DNA of 61,086 nucleotides, filler included. It is 14 parts of 14 records of this genome, joined end to end, with 100 filler letters (N's around TTAATTAATTAA, not from the genome) between each part and the next. Parts side by side here need not be neighbours in the genome. Positions count along the whole stretch, not along the records: positions 41,876 to 48,225 come from SRR15195285_9751; positions 48,326 to 52,852 come from SRR15195285_9755; positions 52,953 to 56,030 come from SRR15195285_9775; 11 more parts are not named here. One strand, 5' to 3'. The notes under the pieces are model-generated. The model searched no databases, was not told where the DNA came from, and saw nothing but the letters and a program-made list of their open reading frames with translations. Position 1 is the stretch's first letter, and each line of letters opens with the position of its first letter. The translations under genes and the position numbers were made by a program. Positions 46,961 through 55,524 of the stretch are shown here, in pieces.

Positions 46961-48091
46961 CTACTCATCTGTTCCTAGTCCCTCTGCTGCATCCGATGGT
47001 CCGGGTGCGCCAGTGCTGCCAGTAGAAGACCCGCCTGCTTCTTGTAGTTTCTCTCGCAGCTCATCCACTCGCTCCATTCCCTTCTCAACGAACGGCGCAG
47101 CAGCTTCCTTCCCCTTCTCGACCATCGGGGCGAGCTTGTCCCCGGCTACGGCCGCAGCCTCTTGGGCGGCCGCCGCCACCACGGCGGCCTTTGCAGCGGC
47201 ACTAGCTGCCGCGCCTTCCAAGTCTGCGGCCCGCGCACGCTCCTCCAGTGCGACCAACAGCGGCTTGCGTTCTCCTTCCTTCAGCTCTTCGATCAGAACG
47301 ACTCCCTCCTCAGAGATGGTATTGGCCCAACACCCGCCAGGTGGGGCAGCGCCCAGCAAGTCGTCACTGTTCAGAAGGCGAAACGAGATTCTCCTCCGAC
47401 GTGGAACGCCATCCGCGTCGTTTGCGTCAGCTGCGGCCGGTGCTAGCTCAGACTCAACGTGAGGCTCAGATTCAGGCTGAGGCTCAGGCTCAGGCTGAGG
47501 CTCAGGTGTCGCGTCATCTGCTCCTGTACCTTCCTCGGGCACTTGGCGGTCCTCTAGAATCGCCAGCCGCTCACCCGGCCGCAGCGGCAGCAGCTCCTCG
47601 CTATCAGGGCCATATCCAGCTCGCACGACAGTCGGCTGCACGACGATGCACTTTCGTTTGCCCGCAGCTTCCCACAGAGCTCTGACAGCTGCCTGGACCT
47701 CGGCCTCCTTGGCGCGATCTGCCTGCAACTGGTGATACTTCTCTTGCAGATTCGCCGCCTCTGGCATGATTTCTTCCTCCACAAAGCCACGAGCGGACGA
47801 CAGCATTCCTGGCAGTGCATCCTTCAGCACGCCGTCCGGCAACTTAGCGACCAATCGCTGTTCAGGTGGCGGAGGCCGCTCTTGGTACGAGAACTCGACG
47901 TGACTTCCGACTTCCGTCCCCGCGACTGCTGTGATCACATCATCCTTGCTGCTGATCGGCTGATCGCCCACCCGTACGATCGTCGCGTGCAGTGGGATCA
48001 GGGCGCATGCGCTTCCAGGCGCAATCGAAGCATCGCGCTTGAGGATCAGCCCGAAGCCACCTTCCTTTTTCGGCACTGACACGGTTACCAC
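46961..48091 (-). CDS. Last exon of a 5'-truncated protein with PDZ-like and SH3-like domains
   Basis: VSVPKKEGGFGLIL..IVRVGDQPISSKDDV (PDZ-like) and VVRAGYGPDSEELLPLRPGERLAILE (SH3-like). AG acceptor immediately upstream. Confidence 0.6.
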   Translation of the reverse strand: MVTVSVPKKEGGFGLILKRDASIAPGSACALIPLHATIVRVGDQPISSKDDVITAVAGTEVGSHVEFSYQERPPPPEQRLVAKLPDGVLKDALPGMLSSARGFVEEEIMPEAANLQEKYHQLQADRAKEAEVQAAVRALWEAAGKRKCIVVQPTVVRAGYGPDSEELLPLRPGERLAILEDRQVPEEGTGADDATPEPQPEPEPQPESEPHVESELAPAAADANDADGVPRRRRISFRLLNSDDLLGAAPPGGCWANTISEEGVVLIEELKEGERKPLLVALEERARAADLEGAAASAAAKAAVVAAAAQEAAAVAGDKLAPMVEKGKEAAAPFVEKGMERVDELREKLQEAGGSSTGSTGAPGPSDAAEGLGTDE

Positions 48092-48195
48092 CTACCAGCA
48101 CAGTTGAAAGCCATCTATTGTGTGACCAATACTATAAGATCATGCAACATTAAGGTGGGCGGTGGGGTGGGCGGCGGCGGGCGTAGAGAAAGACG

Positions 48196-48225
48196 GACCG
48201 ACCGACCGACCGACCGACCGACCGA
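48196..48225. repeat. (GACC)n microsatellite at contig end
   Basis: gaccgaccgaccgaccgaccgaccgaccga. Confidence 0.9.
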
Positions 48226-49155
48226 NNNNNNNNNNNNNNNNNNNNNNNNNNNNNNNNNNNNNNNNNNNNTTAATTAATTAANNNNNNNNNNNNNNNNNNN
48301 NNNNNNNNNNNNNNNNNNNNNNNNNGTTCTACATACAAATAGGTCGAGTCTTAGGGCGAAGGGGGTGGTACTAGTAGGACGAAAGAAATGGTCATGCGAA
48401 TCAGCAGGCGCCGAGGTGTACTAAAAAACACAGGGAAAAATAAACAATGAGCGGCCTGAGTCTGTCCTCGCCATCCAGGAGGACAGACTCAGGCCTGGCA
48501 AAAACTGCTGCACCAAGTGTCCGGGCGACGGAGCCAGCGACACTGGGACAAATGTGTTTACATAGAATCCACACTACATTTTCCATACAAAGACACAATG
48601 TTGCATAAAGTCGTTTGGGTTTTTTCCATCTCACGTTCAATCACTTGTCGACTTGTGTTCGCGGTGGTGAGGATTGAGGAACAACCGTCAATTTGCCATA
48701 CTAGTATGCTGAGAAATGCGGCATGAGAAATGCGTGTGATTTGAAATGAGTCGAATTCATATATAAATCGTGTGGTGAGTGATGATTTTCGGAACTCGCT
48801 CGGCCGCCGCGCGGTTCAGCGATGGGCGGACATCCTATCCTGCGGCAAGGGCTCTCTCTACCACACCACTGACAGGAGTGCTCGGCCGCTTTTCGAACGC
48901 TCTTCGACCGTTACTTTCTGCCACTGCCGTGCTGCGGACTGAGGGGTGGTTCACAGGGGAGGCGCGTGCCTGGGCGGGAAGAGATTTTGTCTGTGTGGTG
49001 GTGCGGACCGCGGCTGCGTTGTTAACTTGCGAGAGCGAGAGCGTGGAGCTGGTGGCCGGAGGTGGGGAGGGTTGGTGACGGAAGCTCCGACGGGAAACAG
49101 AGAGAAGGAGAACTAGAGGGAGGGAGAGAGCGGGAGGGAGAGGCCGTTGTTGGGG

Positions 49156-51057
49156 ATGAAGAGCGTCGCGCAGGTGCTGCTGGGAACACTGCTGCTCGTG
49201 GGCTCGGCGAGCCGCGGGCTCGGATTGAGTGTCAGCGGCACGCCTGCGTCGTGGACGGCCGCCAACAGAAAGGCGCTCAACCCGGATAACGCCGTCCCTC
49301 TCCTTATGGACGCCATCATCGCGAAGACCGCAACTTCAGGTGCGGGGCGCCCCTGCCACCGCCCCTTCACCCAGAGGTGCATCATCGAAATGCTCGTCGA
49401 GGAGCAACGTGAGCACGATCCAGCGACGCTGCCGCTCTCCGGAAAGCGACAGTTCGGGGTGAACACCAATCGCATCCAGACCGCAATCCGCACCGAGAAG
49501 GTTTCCGAGCAGCACGGTATGATCCGTGAGCTTATCGCCGGCGGCGCCGACGTGAACACGCAGCCCAAGGCATTCCACGGCGCGTCGCCATTGATGTTAG
49601 CAGCCTCTATGGGCGACGTAGCGTCAATGCAAATCCTTCTCAGCGCTGGTGCCAGCCCGGAAGCCCAGTCGGAGACAGGTCTGGCGGCGCAGACCTCTGC
49701 GCTGATGCTGGCAGCCGGGCAGGGGCACGACGATGCTGTCCGTCTGCTGCTCGAGCATGGCGCCGACGCAAGCCGGGTGGGCCTGATCCGCCTCGGCCAC
49801 GCAGTTGGGCACGCTTCGCCGCTGATGTGGGCGGCAATGATGCCTTCGGTGCGAACCTTGCGTCTGCTCGCCGAAGCTGGTGCCGACATTAACCGTCGAT
49901 TCTCCAATGGCGAGACGCTTCTGACGTGGTTCGCGAGGCACGGCTCGATCGCCAGCGTGCAGGCGCTCATTCAGGCAGGTGCCCGCGTCAATGTTGTAGA
50001 CAAGCGTGGCCGCACCCCACTGATGCACGCTCGCACGCGGGCTGATGAGCAAGGTCGCGCTATTTCAGAGATGTTGATCGAGATCGGGGTGGACACCCCA
50101 CGCAGCGGCGGCGGCGGAGGAGGCGGCGGCACACCCGTCATGTCGCCGCGCTTCTCGTCTGCACAGGCGATTCGACGAGACGGTATGACGGCGCATGATG
50201 TGTCAGCGCTTGGTGTTGTAGCGCTGGCGTTGGCTGTGGGTTCTCATTCTCGAGGAGCGAGAGGAGGCAAGCAGAAACGTCCGCTAAGTCCAAGGGCGGC
50301 TAAGGCACGCAAGATTGCTGCCGCATTTGCTTTCGAGACGACACCGGCTTCGCAAGATGGCGGTGGAGGCGGCCGACGCTGCGCCCACGGTGATAAATCG
50401 GCGCCAAATCACCACTTGCCGTCACCGCAGCCGCCACAGAAGCCGCCACCACCGAAGCGGCAACGACCGATGGTGCGGTCTCTAGCCCTAACTGAGTGTG
50501 CGCTCAGCTCATCCGGTTGGTCTTCAGAGTCGCATAGTGCATCGGACGTGAGAAGATGGACCTGCGGCCAGGTGTCGATGTGGGCGGCTGCCGCCGTCCC
50601 AGAGGCAGTTGCTACGTATGTAATGCGGATAGTGGACGGTGCACAAATCGACGGGAAGGCACTGTGCGCTCTCAACTGCGCCCGGACTACAGCCCTTCTC
50701 ATGCAGGGCAATGCAGGACTTAGCTGCCCGATGAGCCGCGACGGAGCAGCTGACGTCGCCAAATGCCTACTTGATCGGCGGAACGCGCTGCTTGGTGCGG
50801 AGACTGCAAGTGCGAAAGCTCAACCAGCCCCAGACCGGTTTTTCTGCTCGTTGACGCTGGAGGTGATGAAGGACCCAGTGCGAGTTTGCACTGGCCAGGT
50901 GTACGAGCGTGAAGAGATCACGCAGTGGCTGCGCTGCAACTTGACACCTCGTTGCCCAAACACAAATGTAGTTCTCAAGTCGAAGGCGCTGGTTGCGGAC
51001 CCTGAACTGAAAGCCGAGATCGACGCATGGCGGGCGACGGCAGGTGCTGCTCCTTGA
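49156..51057 (+). CDS. Signal peptide + ankyrin repeats + putative TM + SAM-like + U-box E3 ligase
   Basis: MKSVAQVLLGTLLLVGSA, about 5 ANK repeats (SPLMLAASMGD, SALMLAAGQGH, GRTPLMHA), SAM-like VRRWTCGQVSMW..IDGKAL, and U-box PDRFFCSLTLEVMKDPVRVCTGQVYEREEITQWL..CPNT..L.....LKAEIDAW. Confidence 0.85.
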   Translation: MKSVAQVLLGTLLLVGSASRGLGLSVSGTPASWTAANRKALNPDNAVPLLMDAIIAKTATSGAGRPCHRPFTQRCIIEMLVEEQREHDPATLPLSGKRQFGVNTNRIQTAIRTEKVSEQHGMIRELIAGGADVNTQPKAFHGASPLMLAASMGDVASMQILLSAGASPEAQSETGLAAQTSALMLAAGQGHDDAVRLLLEHGADASRVGLIRLGHAVGHASPLMWAAMMPSVRTLRLLAEAGADINRRFSNGETLLTWFARHGSIASVQALIQAGARVNVVDKRGRTPLMHARTRADEQGRAISEMLIEIGVDTPRSGGGGGGGGTPVMSPRFSSAQAIRRDGMTAHDVSALGVVALALAVGSHSRGARGGKQKRPLSPRAAKARKIAAAFAFETTPASQDGGGGGRRCAHGDKSAPNHHLPSPQPPQKPPPPKRQRPMVRSLALTECALSSSGWSSESHSASDVRRWTCGQVSMWAAAAVPEAVATYVMRIVDGAQIDGKALCALNCARTTALLMQGNAGLSCPMSRDGAADVAKCLLDRRNALLGAETASAKAQPAPDRFFCSLTLEVMKDPVRVCTGQVYEREEITQWLRCNLTPRCPNTNVVLKSKALVADPELKAEIDAWRATAGAAP

Positions 51058-51526
51058 GTCGCGTTTGCAGCGTGTTGAAATGAAGCAATGAGTTGCTACG
51101 GATCCATAATTTTGCGATAGACTCTGAATAGTCATAGCTTTAGATATACAGTACACAGACGCCACTCTCAGCAGGTGCTGTCGAAGCGGCCGAGCAGCAG
51201 GAGTATATCGGCCACGTTGACCAGGTCAGCATTGATACCTTATTGCAACCGCGAGGTTGACTAGCATTCGCTTGCCACAGAGCGAACACGTACGAAATCA
51301 GAGTTGAATGCGACACCATGCCCTGCGTTTTCACCATGGACAGTTGCATAATCATTGATAAGGATTATGGATGCGCGCTATAATTGTTGACAACAGCAAT
51401 CGGCCACGGAGAGCCAATGTGCATGGACATTGTGGCGAGTGGTTTTCGCGTTGTAAGAAGTGCGTGTCTGATCGAAGGACCTAGTCATTTTATCTATATG
51501 ATTATCGGGTTTTGGAAGCCACGCGC

Positions 51527-52492
51527 CTACTTCAGCTCAATGACTTGAGGGACCACCCTATCGCCGCTAGTATCGTCGTCTGCACTGCCCTGTTTCACGC
51601 CGCCAGCCGATTTCGCTGCCGTCGCAATGGCTTCGACTTGGGCCTGCAGATTCTTGGTCCTCCTTTCTGAGCCAGGCCCGAAGATCATGAGCCCCACCAG
51701 AATAGTCATCGACATGCTCATCAGCTGCGTGGGACATAAAGCACACGCATTACTAACATTCTGGTTTTGCCTGCTCGCTTAGCACATGGTCAGAAGCGAT
51801 GCACACGAACGATAAGCATCTGGTAGCGCGCCACGCAAGAGCAAGGGTAACATACACCGATGCCCAGAGCGCTCCACTTCCACAATGGGATCGAACCAAG
51901 GTCTCGGTAAGACATCAATACGACGGAGAGGAGGTACGATACGCAGCCCATCCCGAATTTCCAGAACGGCATCTGCAGCAGCATGTGGTTCGACAGGCCC
52001 CAGGTGGATCTGCCGATCCAGCACGAAGTTTCGATCTCGGACAGCTGGTTCGCGTACTTATCTGCCCGCGCAGGCATCACGGATCGGGGAAACAACAGGA
52101 CATCGGGCAGATTAGCGCGCCAGCGATGGACTCCGTGGCAGCCTCAGTGGCGAGCTGAGCACGCAGGCTGGCTCACACAGCATTGCCGACGCCACGCACG
52201 AGCAGGTGCACGCATGGACTCCTACGAAGGACGTCAGGTAGATCGCGACGTCTAGAGTCTTTGCCGTGTCAACCGCCATCTGGATATTGGACAGCGAGAA
52301 GCCTCCGATGAGGGCGCCCATGACCCCTGTGTTGAGGATGTCATTCAGCAGCCTGTCGCGGTCGACCCCGCCCTCCCCATTCCAGCTCGCCACGCGCGCC
52401 CGCTCTGGCCGGCCGAGCTCCTGTCGCTTGCGCTGGTCGCGTTGCATTGAAGCCACGCGACGGATAACGGTGCCACCAGGGGCAGTGTACAA
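51527..52492 (-). CDS. Small 4-TM protein, Orai-like topology; spliced, start uncertain
   Basis: TGVMGALIGGFSL, YLTSFVGVHACTCSCVASAML|YKYAN, PFWKFGMGCVSYLLSVVL and ALGIGV..MSMSMTILVGL. The GT-AG intron joining SAML|YKYAN is in frame; a second intron before the last TM is inferred. Confidence 0.6.
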
Positions 52493-53537
52493 TTCACGCA
52501 GCTGCTGTCGTGTGGCGGCCGGCAGTGAGCCTCAGTCCGACGGCCGTCGCCCTGCTATGATTCGGCGCCTCGAGGCGCCCGCGCTGTCATCAGTCAGGTG
52601 TACGCACGCGCACGTTTCCAAAGAGTCCAGCCGCAGGCCGGCACACAGCACGGGGCCGGCAACTTCAGGTTCGTGCGTGCAGTGCTCACCGAGCGCAGGT
52701 TCGGGAGGCAAAAGCAGGCAGGCCGGCAACGCGGCGTGACCGTCGGAAGCATGCATGCGACCGTCCGCCCGCACTCGGCGTCGCGCGGTGGCGTGCGTCT
52801 GCGTGCGTGCGCAGTGACCGCGGCACCAGGGGGTCAGGTTTTGGTTCGAAAGNNNNNNNNNNNNNNNNNNNNNNNNNNNNNNNNNNNNNNNNNNNNTTAA
52901 TTAATTAANNNNNNNNNNNNNNNNNNNNNNNNNNNNNNNNNNNNNNNNNNNNTGCAGCACACTCCGCGGACCGCCCCGAGCCACTGGTTTTCTTCGCATA
53001 CATCTACCAGTATTGCTATTAGCCGGCCTCGCCTACTATGTCACCGGAGCGACTCGGTCGTTCAGGCGATTCACACTGTGGCGTGCGGCCGCGGGGTCCC
53101 CTCTGTTTCTCAGTGCGTTCTCAGTACTAACTACCGCATACTAGTACGGTACGGTACGGTACCGGTAGACTGCCTGTTTCAGTGTTTCTCGTGGTGGTGG
53201 TGCTGGTGGTGGTGCTGTCGAGGGAAGGTGGAGGTGGTGGGCTGGGTGTGGCTGTGGTTGGAGTGACTGCGAGGTGCTTGCAGCCTGGTGCTGGGAGGCG
53301 GGTGTGCTGCGCTGCTGCGTGTGGGAGGGGCTGGAGTGCAGTGGGTGTGCGCACGTGGCAGCTCCGGCCAAGGGGCGTGGTGAGGCGCCAGGCCTCTGTC
53401 GCTCGCGAGGGAGGCTGCTGGCCGCGGCCACCAGATGTGAGTGTGAGTGGAGGAGCTTGTGAACCGGAAGTGTGGACGCGTACACCGCTGTGCGCAGTGG
53501 CCCGGCTCTCTCTCTCTGTCGCTCGCGCGCGCGCGCC

Positions 53538-54701
53538 ATGGAGGGCATGCGAGACGACGTCGACGGCGAGATGCCTGGTGGCGGGGCAGCAGCCGGAGCC
53601 GCGCCGGCGGACGCTGGCGGCGGCGTGGCGACAGCCAGCAGCGGCGGCGGTGGGAGCGCTCTGGGTCGCCTGTTCCGGTCCTCCCGCACGCGGCGCAACG
53701 ACGAGGCCGTCGAGCAGCTGCTGGCCATGGGTTTCGAGCGCGCCCAGGCAGAGGAGGCCATCGCGCAAGTCGGCCCCGACCCGAACCGCGCGGTCGACTA
53801 CATCCTCGGCGACCACGGCATCCAGTCGGACGAGGAGCCCGACGACGAGGCGCTGGCTGGCGGTCCCGACCCGGGCGGCGGTGCCGCCGCGTCTATCGTC
53901 GGCGCGGACGCGGCGGAGGCGCTGATCCGCGCCCTCGACTCGCCGGACCAGACCGACCGCCTGCGCGGCCTCTTCGAGAGCCTCCAGCGCGAGCAGGACG
54001 GTGGAGACGTGCAGTGGGGCCAGCTGCTACAGGTGCTCCTGTCTCGAGTGCAGCCGGTCGAGAGGAACGAAGGTGCGACGGAGGAGCAAGTCAGCGCCGC
54101 GCTGCCGGAGACCGAGATGACGGAGGAGCTGCTGTCCGCGCACGGCGACGACGGCGGCGAGTGCGCTTGCCCACTCTGCATGGAGTCCATCGACGTGGGT
54201 CAGCGCGTGGCGCGATTGCCGTGTGGCCATCTGTACCACCGCAGTCCGGCGCTCCCAACGGGGACCGAGCTGCCCACGGCAGTGACGGTGAACGGGCACG
54301 ACTGCACGCTCGTCAGTTTCGAGCAGCTGAGCTACTCCGCATGGATATGCGATGTCTGCCTTCGCAACCAGGGCAAAGGAGGGACGTTCTTCCACGACGG
54401 TCCCATTGGCACACCAAACGACAACGGTTTCGACTGCTGCGTCCGTTGCGCGCAAAAGCACGCAGTGCTCGGCGAGGAGATGGCAAGCGTCTGCGGCGGA
54501 ATAGATGCGTGGCTCATGACCACTCCGAACTGCCCGACCTGCCGCGCGGCAGTTTTACCAAGCGCAGCGGAGGCAAAGGTGGAGGGCGGCGGAGCAGACG
54601 CCGACCAGGCCGCGCCGCTGCAGCAGCAGGTGGCCACGCAGACGCCGGCCGCAGATAGTGCGGCCTCTGCAGAAATGGCAGACTTGGCAGATGTGGACTA
54701 G
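53538..54701 (+). CDS. UBA + RING-H2 E3 ligase with a zinc finger nested inside the RING
   Basis: UBA motif VEQLLAMGFERAQAEEAI..NRAVDYIL. RING-H2 motif CPLC..LPCGHLYH [insert] C..IDAWL..CPTCR. Confidence 0.85.
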   Translation: MEGMRDDVDGEMPGGGAAAGAAPADAGGGVATASSGGGGSALGRLFRSSRTRRNDEAVEQLLAMGFERAQAEEAIAQVGPDPNRAVDYILGDHGIQSDEEPDDEALAGGPDPGGGAAASIVGADAAEALIRALDSPDQTDRLRGLFESLQREQDGGDVQWGQLLQVLLSRVQPVERNEGATEEQVSAALPETEMTEELLSAHGDDGGECACPLCMESIDVGQRVARLPCGHLYHRSPALPTGTELPTAVTVNGHDCTLVSFEQLSYSAWICDVCLRNQGKGGTFFHDGPIGTPNDNGFDCCVRCAQKHAVLGEEMASVCGGIDAWLMTTPNCPTCRAAVLPSAAEAKVEGGGADADQAAPLQQQVATQTPAADSAASAEMADLADVD

Positions 54702-54893
54702 CTCACACGCAAATGGCAAACGCGTAGTAGTCGCAGGCGCAGCGCGGCTTCTAGCGACTTCAACGGAGCGCCAGTGGTACATATACAGTATTTGATATTT
54801 GGCCTGGATCCATTTCATCACGCACACACACATTTGTCGTGTGCCACTGCGCTGCGCACGATTCGGCGATTTGAAGAGTTGCAAATCGTTGAG

Positions 54894-54959
54894 TTGCTCT
54901 GCCGACCCTCCCTCGATGCATCCGAACGGTGCTCCGAGGAAAGCTCGACGTCATAGCAA
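54894..54959 (-). promoter_or_regulatory. Candidate SECIS element (K-turn core hairpin) in the 3' UTR of the TGA-containing gene
   Basis: Minus strand: UUGC-UAU-GAC-GUCGAGCUUUCCUCG...CGAGGGAGGGUCGGC-AGA-GCAA. It has an AUGA/GA core, and 14 of 15 helix positions pair. Confidence 0.5.
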
Positions 54960-55037
54960 TCGCGGCAGTACATGGCTTTTCGGCAGGTCACGCAGACCTG
55001 AACGACCGCTTGCTCCGTGCATCGGACGGTCTACAGT

Positions 55038-55524
55038 TTACTTCGGAGCGGGGCTCTCGCTCAACCCAGACAGCAGCGCGTTGAACGACGACTTCAGTGG
55101 ATCGGAGCCGCCGCTACTGGGCCCACCTGCACCGCCAGCCTGTGGCGTAGCGCTCGACGGCGCCGACGCGGCAGCCGGTGCTGTACCAGCAGTCGGCGCT
55201 GGTGCCTCAGCTGGGGCGGCCGCTGGGGCCGAGGCAGAGGCAGCACGAGGAGGCTTCGCCGCGGGCTCGTCCTGAGGGTGCTTGCCGGTTCTGTACACGC
55301 CAGCCGCGGGAGTCAGCCATAGAACGCGGGACACGGAGGCACGAGCGCGTTCTGTGAGGCGCGGATATGGAATCGCACGATGAAAATGCTGCTAGAGACG
55401 CCACTTACTTCCATCCTGGGCAGCGCCGAGCAGTGGGGATGCCGTTCAGCGCCTGCTCGATGTGCAAACCTCATCCCGCCCATGTCATCAACCCGCATGT
55501 GCTGCAGAGAATTGAACGGCACAT
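55038..55524 (-). CDS. Small CxxC / WAG-U-GxH protein, candidate selenoprotein (in-frame TGA at codon 18); 2 exons, 122 aa
   Basis: Exon 1 (55524-55409) reads MCRSILCSTCGLMTWAG*GLHIEQALNGIPTARRCPGW, with TGA at 55473-55471. Intron GTAAGT 55408..55291 TACAG has a CTGAC branch site. Exon 2 (55290-55038) reads KTGKHPQDEP...SPAPK-TAA. Confidence 0.75.

Noticed and set aside
18539-52492. STIMATE-family gene and Orai-like gene as a linked calcium-entry cluster
   Set aside because: They are on separate contigs, so co-occurrence in the window is not linkage.
52493-52774. In-frame TGA upstream of the Orai-like ORF as a second Sec site
   Set aside because: No Cys-motif context, no recognisable homology across it and no SECIS seen; probably UTR or intron.
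53447-54658. Long overlapping Arg/Gly-rich ORFs and many antisense ORFs throughout the window
   Set aside because: Shadow frames expected from high GC3 codon usage over real genes.
55313-55522. ORF-track 69-aa ORF MPFNSLQH... as the real gene
   Set aside because: Non-ATG start and no recognisable motif. The overlapping frame from ATG 55524 gives a conserved family motif and an in-frame splice.
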